Shown here: piece by piece, positions 8,719-16,339 of the stretch
Layout: every line of letters starts with the position of its first letter
Position numbering within the stretch: the stretch's first letter is position 1
DNA from: Casimicrobiaceae bacterium
GTDB taxonomy: Bacteria; Pseudomonadota; Gammaproteobacteria; Burkholderiales; Casimicrobiaceae
Direction of reading: 5' to 3'
DNA: 35,255 nt
Assembly: GCA_039935875.1 (NCBI GenBank)
Contig: JBDTJK010000286.1
Span: 1 to 35,255 of the forward strand
Program-made: the position numbers and the translations under genes
The notes under the pieces: model-generated
Databases searched by the model: none
What the model was told of the DNA's origin: nothing
Seen by the model: only the letters and a program-made list of their open reading frames with translations

Positions 8719-9298
8719 CGGGAGCCGCATCCACAGTCATATCCACCAGTTTGCGCACGAGCGGCAGCATTTCCGGGGCTTCGACGTCCATGACTTGTTC
8801 GACCACCCACTTGTTGTCACCGCTCGCCATCGCGTCAGATACCTTGGATGCAAGAAATAGCAGGCAGGGAAGCGGCGGTTCGCCATCGCGAAACACGAAC
8901 TCGGCGTACTCGCCGAAGCGCGCGTTGAGCAGGGCGACAAAAGGCTCGCGGTACTCGCCAGGGCCGAAGAGGTCCTGCTGGTTGTTTTCCATGGTCGCCG
9001 CCAGGTGGCGGGCCACTTCGCCGATGAGCGTGGCGCGGTCGGCTTCGTTCAACCTGCCGTACACCGCCCGATCGACGAGCTGGACGAGAAAGGCGATGAA
9101 CTCGGCGAGGACGTCGGTGACCATCCGGTCGGAACCGAATCGGAAGCCATCCCTTTCCATGTGCTTGAATATCTCGAGCGCGATTTTCCACACGTTCGCG
9201 CCGATTACGCTGGCGCGGTCGGCGAGGGTCCGGGGTTTCTTGTTGCGCCAGCGGGTTTTGACGAGAGCGATCGCCGGTCGACTGCTGATGATGGCCAT
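8708..9298 (-). CDS. Conserved hypothetical all-helical protein (196 aa)
   Basis: Protein-like composition (EFIAFLVQLVDR, LNARFGEYAEF, KWVVEQVMDVEAPE); converges on the dsrS-like gene with an 11-bp overlap. Confidence 0.75.
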   Translation of the reverse strand: MAIISSRPAIALVKTRWRNKKPRTLADRASVIGANVWKIALEIFKHMERDGFRFGSDRMVTDVLAEFIAFLVQLVDRAVYGRLNEADRATLIGEVARHLAATMENNQQDLFGPGEYREPFVALLNARFGEYAEFVFRDGEPPLPCLLFLASKVSDAMASGDNKWVVEQVMDVEAPEMLPLVRKLVDMTVDAAPASE

Positions 9299-9348
9299 GG
9301 GGTAGTGGGCTTCAACTGATTCGGCGATAATAGCCCCGCGGAGGAAAC

Positions 9349-9786
9349 ATGCCGGGACTGGACATCGAAATGGCGAGCGGCGTTGCCGCTTTCGAGGCCA
9401 AGGAATTCGCGCGGGCGATGCAACTGCTGCAGCCGCTGGCCGAGCGGGGCGATCCGCGCGCGCAGTATCGCGTCGCGATCATGGCGCAGGTAGGGCTGGG
9501 AATGGTGAAGAATTGCGCGACGGCGGTCAGGTGGATGCGTGCCGCCGCCGAGCAGGGGGATGCGCTGGCGCAGCACGGCCTGGGATTCATGTATTTCCAG
9601 GGCGAATGCACGAAATCCGACCCCGCCGAAGCCGCGCGGTGGTTCAGGCTTGCAGCCGATCAGGGACTCGCCGGATCGCGATCGATGCTCGCGTCGATGT
9701 ACGAAAAGGGCGTGGGTGTCGTCCGCGACCCCGTCGCGGCAGCCCACTGGAAGGTGCTGGCCGAGAAGGACTTCGACGCTTCCTGA
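9349..9786 (+). CDS. Sel1-like repeat protein
   Basis: GGAGG RBS; repeats AERGDPRAQY, AAEQGDALAQHGLGFMYFQGE and AADQGLAGS..LASMYEKGVGV; no signal peptide. Confidence 0.88.
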   Translation: MPGLDIEMASGVAAFEAKEFARAMQLLQPLAERGDPRAQYRVAIMAQVGLGMVKNCATAVRWMRAAAEQGDALAQHGLGFMYFQGECTKSDPAEAARWFRLAADQGLAGSRSMLASMYEKGVGVVRDPVAAAHWKVLAEKDFDAS

Positions 9787-10109
9787 TGCGCTTCAAGATC
9801 GTCATCGCGGAGCAGGTCTACGCGGTCGACGTGCCGGATGACGTGCTGCGCCAGGCGGCCGAGTTCAATGCCAAGCTGGACCGCGATATGGATCGGGGCT
9901 GGCAGATGAGCCGGGAGTTCGTGCAGCGGCCCGACCAGCTGCAGCGTTGCCAGATCGTCGCGGACAAGCTCCTGACCAGCATCATCAACGGCAACCAGAC
10001 GACCGCGATGCTGATGGCCGCGTACATTGCCCTGCGCGTACCCGGCACCACCGGCGTGGATGTGGACGCGTCCGGCGAAATGCAGAACACCGCGCTGCTG
10101 CATGGGTGA
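9786..10109 (+). CDS. Conserved hypothetical protein (107 aa)
   Basis: TGATG coupling to the Sel1 gene; MRFKIVI...KLDRDMDRGWQMSREFV..PD..QRCQIVADKLL...GEMQNT. Confidence 0.78.
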   Translation: MRFKIVIAEQVYAVDVPDDVLRQAAEFNAKLDRDMDRGWQMSREFVQRPDQLQRCQIVADKLLTSIINGNQTTAMLMAAYIALRVPGTTGVDVDASGEMQNTALLHG

Positions 10110-10112
10110 GCG

Positions 10113-10706
10113 ATGACGTTTTCCAGCGCGCGCATCCGCGAAGTCAAGCCGCTCAGCTTCATCTACGAGATGATCGGAGCGCTTCCCGCCGACGTCTGCA
10201 TCGAGGCGATCCGGCGTTTCGAGGACCGCGCCGACCAGCAGGTTCCCGGTCGCATCGGCCAAGCGGGCGAAGAGATGCCAGAGGTCAAGCGTTCGACGGA
10301 CCTGCGCATCAGCGGGCGCGACGACTGGTGCGACATCGACCGGACGCTGTCGCAGCAGCTCGTCGCCACGTTCAATGAATTCGCGCTCGAATTCCCGTTC
10401 TTTGCCAGCAACGCGTTCAAGGACATCGGCTACAACCTGCAGCGGACGCTGCCCGGCGAGTATTACCACTGGCACGTCGATGCCGGACCCGGACCGTTTC
10501 GGGATCGCCAGTTCGTGGCGATCTGGTACTTGAACGATGTTCCGGGGCCGGGCGGCGGGACCGAATTCCCGCTGCAGGACGTGGTGATCCGGCCCCAGCA
10601 GGGCAAGCTCCTGGTGTTCCCGCCGTTCTGGACCCACGTGCATCGCGGCGTCATCCTGGAACACGGCGTCAAGTACATTGCCACCACCTGGATCTGCTTC
10701 GCCTGA
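10113..10706 (+). CDS. Fe(II)/2-oxoglutarate oxygenase, prolyl-4-hydroxylase-like
   Basis: YHWHVD, IWYLNDV..GGGTEF, GKLLVFPP.WTHVHRG and KY motifs. Confidence 0.87.
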   Translation: MTFSSARIREVKPLSFIYEMIGALPADVCIEAIRRFEDRADQQVPGRIGQAGEEMPEVKRSTDLRISGRDDWCDIDRTLSQQLVATFNEFALEFPFFASNAFKDIGYNLQRTLPGEYYHWHVDAGPGPFRDRQFVAIWYLNDVPGPGGGTEFPLQDVVIRPQQGKLLVFPPFWTHVHRGVILEHGVKYIATTWICFA

Positions 10707-10718
10707 ACCAGCTGACCA

Positions 10719-11393
10719 ATGCTCCTGCCCATTCCCCGCGTTCTCAAGCCCGACGAGTTGACGCTCGTGCGCGACTGGCTCGCCGACGCGCATTTCGTCG
10801 AGGGTCGACTTTCGGCGGGCGCGGCGGCGCGCCGCGTGAAGAACAATCAGGAGGTCGAAGGCGACACGGCGGATGCCGCACGCATCAGTCGAGTCGTGAT
10901 GGGCGGACTCGTGCGCCATCCGGTCTATCGTGCCGGGGCGATGCCCCTGCACGCGGCAAGCCCGCTGTACGCGCGTTACCGTTCCGGCATGGCTTACGGC
11001 GATCACCTCGACGATCCAGTCATGGGCGCCGACGGCATCAAGTACCGTTCAGATATCGCGGTCACGATCTTCCTGAGCGGGCCGCAGGAGTACGACGGTG
11101 GCGAACTCGTGATCCGTTCGCCTGCGGGCGACCAGGAGGTGAAACTTCCTGCGGGCGACGCGGTCCTGTACCCCGCGGGCAGCATTCACCATGTCAATCC
11201 GGTCACGCGAGGCGAGCGTCTGGTCGCGCTTACCTGGGTGCAGAGCCTGATTCGCGATTGCGGCCAGCGCGAATTGCTCTACGGACTCAACGGGGCGCGG
11301 GAGACGCTGTTGCAACGCGCACCCGACGCTGCGGAAACCGCGCAGGTGAATGCAGCCTACCTGAACCTGATCCGCATGTGGTCGGACCTTTGA
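10719..11393 (+). CDS. PKHD-type Fe(II)-dependent hydroxylase (YbiX/PiuC family)
   Basis: GRLSAG..A.RVKNN, YGDHLD, RSDIAVTIFLS.P.EYDGGEL, HHVNPVTRGER and NLIRMWS motifs. Confidence 0.92.
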   Translation: MLLPIPRVLKPDELTLVRDWLADAHFVEGRLSAGAAARRVKNNQEVEGDTADAARISRVVMGGLVRHPVYRAGAMPLHAASPLYARYRSGMAYGDHLDDPVMGADGIKYRSDIAVTIFLSGPQEYDGGELVIRSPAGDQEVKLPAGDAVLYPAGSIHHVNPVTRGERLVALTWVQSLIRDCGQRELLYGLNGARETLLQRAPDAAETAQVNAAYLNLIRMWSDL

Positions 11394-11403
11394 GGCAGGC
11401 GCG

Positions 11404-11703
11404 ATGACAGAAGCGGAGCATTCCATTGAAGAACGGATCCTGCAGGCGGTGAAACTGACGCTTGCCTGCGTGATCCGGGACACCGCGACACCGCAGGGTA
11501 TGCGCCACCCGCTCTCCGACGGGACCATCCAGGATCTTCGGCAGTGCCTGGCGCTGATCAGCGCGCGCGAACGCGAGCTTGCGCAGGCCGCGGGAATGTC
11601 GATGAACTCCCGCCCGCATTACGCCGACGAAGCGGCGAGCGAGGACACGGTGATCCATTTTCACCGCAAAAAACCGTCCGGCAACGAAAGCCAGGATAGC
11701 TGA
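11404..11703 (+). CDS. Conserved hypothetical protein (99 aa)
   Basis: Fills the operon slot exactly; EERIL...L..VIRDTATP.GMRHPLSD.TIQD.RQCL.LISARE. Confidence 0.75.
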   Translation: MTEAEHSIEERILQAVKLTLACVIRDTATPQGMRHPLSDGTIQDLRQCLALISARERELAQAAGMSMNSRPHYADEAASEDTVIHFHRKKPSGNESQDS

Positions 11704-11705
11704 GC

Positions 11706-12020
11706 ATGTCTTCCGACAGCTGCAGCAAGCTCGAACCCTACGCGTTGCGCGTACTCGGCGACAGCATGGCGCCCGAATTCGCCGATGGCTGTGTGGTCAT
11801 CGTCGATCCGGGCCACGTGCCGCACGACGGGTCGTACGTGATCGTCGAGTTTGCCGGAGATGTCTTTTTCCGGCAGCTGGTCATCGACGGTGAGCGGCGC
11901 TATCTGGCGCCGCTCAACCCCAAGTACGGGCGCTTCGAACTCGTTTCGCCCTACAACATCCGCGGAGGCGTGGTGCAGCAGGCGGGGCGCAGGCGCGCGC
12001 AGCGCAGGCACTACGACTGA
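11706..12020 (+). CDS. Stand-alone S24/S26 (LexA/UmuD C-terminal-like) peptidase domain
   Basis: YALRVLGDSMAPEF.DG.VVIVDP...L.PLNP.Y; no HTH; the catalytic Lys position reads Arg (FFRQL). Confidence 0.82.
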   Translation: MSSDSCSKLEPYALRVLGDSMAPEFADGCVVIVDPGHVPHDGSYVIVEFAGDVFFRQLVIDGERRYLAPLNPKYGRFELVSPYNIRGGVVQQAGRRRAQRRHYD

Positions 12021-12026
12021 CGCCGG

Positions 12027-12368
12027 TCAGTAGCCACCTTTGCGCAGACTCTCCGGCAGCCCGGCAACCATGCCCGCCTGCTTGGACGGGTTGCCCGGGA
12101 AGAGATCGAACAGCGTCTTGTTGTCCACCTTCCGGTCGGGCCACTTTTCCTGCATCGCCTTCAGGATCGCGCGGTTGTTTGGCTGCTCGGCGTTGTTGTT
12201 GAAGTATGCATCACGCAGGTACTCGATCACGTCCCAATGGTCCTGGGTGAGACTCAAGCCTTCCGCGACCGCGATCGCCTCCGCGACATCCCTGTCCCAG
12301 TCCTCCGGCGACAGCAGGAATCCCGTCTGCGTGGCTTCGATCACTTTGCCCTGGATTTCGTAGGCCAT
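12027..12368 (-). CDS. DsrC/TusE-family paralogue with no cysteine (RspA-type)
   Basis: GAGGAGG RBS; GFL....DW...VAE.IA..EGL.LT.DHW.VI.YLR...LF.LFP..P.KQA...AGLP; ends RKGGY; contains no Cys. Confidence 0.88.
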   Translation of the reverse strand: MAYEIQGKVIEATQTGFLLSPEDWDRDVAEAIAVAEGLSLTQDHWDVIEYLRDAYFNNNAEQPNNRAILKAMQEKWPDRKVDNKTLFDLFPGNPSKQAGMVAGLPESLRKGGY

Positions 12369-12385
12369 ACGCGCCTCCTCTGTGA

Positions 12386-13075
12386 TCAATCCGACCTGGA
12401 ATGGAGGTCGCCGATGTCCTTGTGGGGAATGAAGATACCGCAGCCGAGCCGGCGCTCGACGCCCATTCCGCGCCGCTGCAGCACCAGCGATTGTGCCCGC
12501 GTGAGCCCGGCGAGCATCAGGCTACGGGTCTGGTAGACCTGCGCCGGGGTAGCAATCGGCGTCGCGCGGCCGCACAGCAGGGTTGCGGGAACGATCCCGA
12601 GCGTGCGCAACTCGTCCTCTGCGGCGGATACGAAAGCGATTTCGTCGTCGGCATCGGCGGCGGCGAACACGACGCTGTGCGCGTGCAGGGTTGTGATCCG
12701 CGAAAGCGATCGCACTGCGAGCCGGTCGACGTGCAGCGGCCAGCCAGCGACTTCGAGCGTGTGTCCGAGCAAGGCGGCGGCATCCTCGAGGCGATGCGCG
12801 GGCAGGCGCAGTGCCAGCTTTGCGCGATGCGAAAGCTGCAGCAGCGCGTCCGCACCTTCCGGCCGCATCCAGCCGCTGCCGGAGGTCGCACCATGAATGG
12901 TATGCAGGCCGGTATCCGGCTCGCCGGAAAACCACGGCAGCGCATTCGCGACCGCCTGCGACAGGGCCCATGCATGGTCGACGGGCAGACTGCGACAGGT
13001 GATTGCGAACACCGCATCCACGACGTCACCCTCAACGGTTTCGTTGCTGCCGAATGCCATGCGTGCAGGCGCCAT
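12386..13075 (-). CDS. cas6: Orphan Cas6-family RAMP protein (type I-MYXAN Cas6/Cmx6-like)
   Basis: N-terminal VDAVFAITCRSLPVDHAWAL, LRLP, and C-terminal SLVLQRRGMGVERRLGCGIFIP (Cas6 Gly-rich loop GhGxxxxhGhG). Start at ATG 13075 or 13060. Confidence 0.82.
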   Translation of the reverse strand: MAPARMAFGSNETVEGDVVDAVFAITCRSLPVDHAWALSQAVANALPWFSGEPDTGLHTIHGATSGSGWMRPEGADALLQLSHRAKLALRLPAHRLEDAAALLGHTLEVAGWPLHVDRLAVRSLSRITTLHAHSVVFAAADADDEIAFVSAAEDELRTLGIVPATLLCGRATPIATPAQVYQTRSLMLAGLTRAQSLVLQRRGMGVERRLGCGIFIPHKDIGDLHSRSD

Positions 13076-13079
13076 TCGC

Positions 13080-13802
13080 CTATGTCGTCGGCAGCGCGGC
13101 TTGGAGGGCGTCGCGATCGAACCACCAGTCGTCCTGGACCAGCACGTCGACGATGTTGCGCAGGCGCGGCAGGAACCGTTCGGGATCGTTGAGTTCCATG
13201 TCCACAATCCACTTGTCGAAAGCCTGTTGTCCGTCGACGCCGCTGTGCCGGCGCGCAACCGTGGCGAGCAACTGATTGACGTAGATAAGCAGGTGCTCGC
13301 GTTGCGGTTCGCCGGCCCGCAGATCGACCAGGTAGAAGGCCGTGATCGCGGCCACCGCTGCGCCGTCGGATTCCGGCGGCGTCTCCTCGACCACCCGCTG
13401 CAGCAAAGCCACGCTCAACTCGGGGTCGACCGGGTAGGTGACGGCGAGCCAGATGCCATTCCCCAGTGCCGGAAGCGAATCGGGCTGGTCGGCGAGGAAA
13501 AGGATGTCGCATGCTTGCACGGCGCCTTCCCACGCCAGCTCGGCCATGTAGAGATCGAAGGCCGCGCGCGCGGCGTCCCAGGCTTCGGACTGTTGCTCCA
13601 GCCGCACCAGCGCGCGGCCGAGTTGCAAAAGGATGTCCGCACGCCGCAAGGATTCCGCGCTGGGAGAGAGCCGCGCGAACTGGCCGCGCAGGTCGGCGAC
13701 CAGACGCTCCAGCATGCCGGTCGACTCCTTCGCGTCCTCGCTGCTGTCGGCATTGCCTACGCTGGGGTCTTCCTTGATGTACTTGAGGGGTATGTATTTC
13801 AT
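13080..13802 (-). CDS. Conserved hypothetical helical-repeat (TPR-like) protein (240 aa)
   Basis: ATGA overlap with the upstream tauD-like gene; RADILLQLGRALVRLE...AW..AR.AF; GIWLAVTYPVDPELSVALL; C-terminal WWFDRDALQ. Confidence 0.8.
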   Translation of the reverse strand: MKYIPLKYIKEDPSVGNADSSEDAKESTGMLERLVADLRGQFARLSPSAESLRRADILLQLGRALVRLEQQSEAWDAARAAFDLYMAELAWEGAVQACDILFLADQPDSLPALGNGIWLAVTYPVDPELSVALLQRVVEETPPESDGAAVAAITAFYLVDLRAGEPQREHLLIYVNQLLATVARRHSGVDGQQAFDKWIVDMELNDPERFLPRLRNIVDVLVQDDWWFDRDALQAALPTT

Positions 13803-14746
13803 TCGTCACCAGCGTTGTCTTGTTGGAACGGGCCGAGCGTGGCGACGCCGTCCGCGACGCGATCGAAATAGCGAGCGCGATAAACGAGCCGCCCCGGAGC
13901 CGGGGCCTCCGCGTTCGTGAAGGCGCTGCGGCCGTGCAGCACGTTGTTGCACACCAAGCCCTGCCCGCCCGTGAGGCGCAGCGTGAACACGTAGGGCGAC
14001 TTTGCGTCGAGGATCTGGTTGAGAAACTGCAGGGCGGCGCGCAGCGTCTCGTCGGTGCGCCATTCGATGCTGCGTGTGCGCGCCGTGTAGCGCATGTGCA
14101 ACGCGCCGCCGTCGGTCGCGAACACCGGACCGGAAACGGCCGGGCGAGGTGCCATGCCTGCGGAGTCGTTGGGGGGAATCGTCATGGCGTCAAGGCGGCA
14201 CAGCGCCTTGACGTAATCCGGGTTGGCGTCGCGCAACAGGATGTAGGCGATCTCGTGATCCAGCAGGCAGTTTTCGCCACCGACGGTGGCCGGATGCACG
14301 CAGTGCAGGATGAACGCACGGATGCGTTGCTGTTGGGTGTTGTAATAACCATCGGTGTGCCACAGCAGGCGACGGTTCGAATAGGGAATATATCCAAGCG
14401 CCGATTTTTCCGGCGTCGCTTCGAGTGCGCTGATGCCGTCCTCGTCCGCGAATGGATTTCCGGCAACGCGTAGCAGTCCGAGCCTCTCGCCCAGCCGGCG
14501 TGGAAGCTGCCGGTCGGCGACGCCAGCGAAAGCGCTCACGTAGACCGCCATGTTTGCAAGACCGATGATGCGCTGGATTGCCGCGATCTCGCTCTGGCGA
14601 GGGTTGCGCGGATCGCGCACTTCCACGACCAGGTCCTCGACCCGGCGCGGATAGCGCTCGAGCTTGCGCTCGCGCCAGCGGGCGTACGCCTGCGGCTGGT
14701 CCAGCGCAAACGGGTCTTCAGCGGCGGCGGCGAGTGGCGTATTCAA
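13799..14746 (-). CDS. TauD/TfdA (clavaminate synthase-like) Fe(II)/2OG dioxygenase
   Basis: WHTDGYY, LHC..PA..GGEN.LLD and NNVLHGRSAF...RL.YRARY motifs. Start placed at TTG 14746 (uncertain). Confidence 0.82.
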   Translation of the reverse strand: MNTPLAAAAEDPFALDQPQAYARWRERKLERYPRRVEDLVVEVRDPRNPRQSEIAAIQRIIGLANMAVYVSAFAGVADRQLPRRLGERLGLLRVAGNPFADEDGISALEATPEKSALGYIPYSNRRLLWHTDGYYNTQQQRIRAFILHCVHPATVGGENCLLDHEIAYILLRDANPDYVKALCRLDAMTIPPNDSAGMAPRPAVSGPVFATDGGALHMRYTARTRSIEWRTDETLRAALQFLNQILDAKSPYVFTLRLTGGQGLVCNNVLHGRSAFTNAEAPAPGRLVYRARYFDRVADGVATLGPFQQDNAGDE

Positions 14747-15030
14747 GCGCGGCGGTCTGCATTCGAGGTCAGGGGGAGAAGAACGTACCGCATCGGCATG
14801 ACGGAGAGAATGCCGATGCGCGCAGCATCGGCTGCCTGCGGCGCGACGATTGTCGGCAGAACGACCACAACTGCCGGAAAACAAAACGTTTTCTGAAATA
14901 TGCGACGGAAAGGTCTATCTCCAAAGGGGGGGGCATCCGATCGTGGGTACCTCCAATGACTTGTCAGTGTGCGTTCCTATGCGTCGCTACACTGTCGTCA
15001 CCGCGATTGCCTTTCCCGGAGGAAGACTTC
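14747..15030. promoter_or_regulatory. Divergent promoter region shared by the tauD-cas6 operon and dsrA
   Basis: Non-coding gap containing an 11-bp inverted repeat (14789-14820), a 6-bp inverted repeat (14854-14876), palindrome AAAACGTTTT (14883-14892), TAYCTCCAA twice (14916, 14948), -10-like TACACT (14988) and the GGAGGA RBS of dsrA. Confidence 0.6.
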
Positions 15031-16335
15031 ATGTCCGACCTGCAAAAGCCACCCAAAAATCCCGAGCGGCACAGCACCTACGTTCCTTCGGAAAGGAAGT
15101 CGACCAAGGCGTTCCATCCGACGCCGATGCTCGACCAGCTCGAAAGTGGCCCCTGGCCGAGTTTCGTCACTGGGCTGAAGCGGCTCGCGCACGACAACAA
15201 CATGATGGTCGACCTGCTGGGCCAGCTCGAGCATTCGTACAAGACGCGCATCGGTTACTGGAAAGGCGGCACGGTTTCGGTGTTCGGTTACGGCGGGGGC
15301 ATCATCCCGCGCTTCTCCGAAGTCGCCAGCATGTTCCCCGAGTCCAAGGAATTCCACACGCTGCGGGTGCAGCCGCCGGCCGGCAACCACTACACGACCA
15401 AGGTGCTACGCCAGCTCTCCGACTCCTGGAGCAAATGGGGGTCCGGGTTGATCGCCTTCCACGGCCAGACCGGCAACATCATGTTCATCGGCACCACGAC
15501 GGAGAATACCCAGCACTTCTTCGACGAAATCAACGAGTACGGTTTCGACCTGGGCGGCGCGGGTCCCTGCGTGCGCACGGCCATGTCTTGCGTGGGCGCG
15601 GCGCGCTGCGAGCAGTCGTGCACCAACGAGCACCGCATTCACCGCACGCTGGTCAACAATTTCATCGACGACATGCACCGGCCGGCGCTGCCCTACAAGT
15701 TCAAGTTCAAGGTCTCGGGCTGTCCCAACGACTGCATGAATTCCATACAGCGCGCGGATTTCGCGGTGATCGGCACCTGGCGCGACGACATGCAGGTCGA
15801 CCAGAAGGAGGTCAAGGCCTATGTCGACGGGCACGGCCGCAAGTACACGATCGATAACGTGATCGCGCGCTGCCCGACCAAGGCGCTGTCCCTCAACGAC
15901 GACGACACCCTCGAGGTGGACAACAAGAGCTGCGTGCGCTGCATGCACTGCATCAATGTCATGACCAAGGCGCTGAAGCCCGGCAAGGATCGCGGAATCA
16001 CGCTGCTCATTGGCGGCAAGCGCACGCTCAAGATCGGCGACACCATGGGCACGGTGATCGTGCCGTTCATGAAGATGGACACCGACGAGGATTACGACAA
16101 ACTGCGCGACCTTGCCGCGACGGTGATCGATTACTGGGCGGAAAACGGGTTGGAGCACGAGCGCTGTGGCGAGATGATCGAGCGGATCGGGTTGGCGAAT
16201 TTCCTGGAAGGTATCGGCATCGACGTTGACCCGAACATGATCGCCCATCCCCGTACCAGTTCCTACGTCCGCCTGGACGACTGGGATCAGGAAGCGCAGA
16301 AGTGGATCGACCGCCACCCGCAGCCGGTTGCCTGA
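15031..16335 (+). CDS. dsrA: Dissimilatory sulfite reductase alpha subunit (oxidative type)
   Basis: TPMLDQLESGPWPSFV, YWKGG, siroheme-[4Fe-4S] motif CVGAARC...FKFKVSGCPNDC and ferredoxin CVRCMHC. Start at the ATG after GGAGGA. Confidence 0.98.
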   Translation: MSDLQKPPKNPERHSTYVPSERKSTKAFHPTPMLDQLESGPWPSFVTGLKRLAHDNNMMVDLLGQLEHSYKTRIGYWKGGTVSVFGYGGGIIPRFSEVASMFPESKEFHTLRVQPPAGNHYTTKVLRQLSDSWSKWGSGLIAFHGQTGNIMFIGTTTENTQHFFDEINEYGFDLGGAGPCVRTAMSCVGAARCEQSCTNEHRIHRTLVNNFIDDMHRPALPYKFKFKVSGCPNDCMNSIQRADFAVIGTWRDDMQVDQKEVKAYVDGHGRKYTIDNVIARCPTKALSLNDDDTLEVDNKSCVRCMHCINVMTKALKPGKDRGITLLIGGKRTLKIGDTMGTVIVPFMKMDTDEDYDKLRDLAATVIDYWAENGLEHERCGEMIERIGLANFLEGIGIDVDPNMIAHPRTSSYVRLDDWDQEAQKWIDRHPQPVA

Positions 16336-16339
16336 GGAG

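Noticed and set aside
14961-14993. Canonical sigma70 promoter TTGTCA...TACACT for dsrA
   Set aside because: The spacer is 21 nt, too long for a standard -35/-10 pair; only the -10-like hexamer is kept as a possibility.
12021-15030. CRISPR array or cas operon associated with the Cas6-like gene
   Set aside because: No regularly spaced direct repeats of about 25-40 nt were seen anywhere in the window, and neighbouring proteins show no Cas1/3/5/7 motifs. A distant Cas8/Cas11-like relationship of the helical 240-aa protein cannot be excluded without structure comparison.
14578-15030. N-terminal extension of DsrA (585-aa ORF)
   Set aside because: It overlaps the tauD-like gene and the promoter region; the strong RBS and homology start at 15031.
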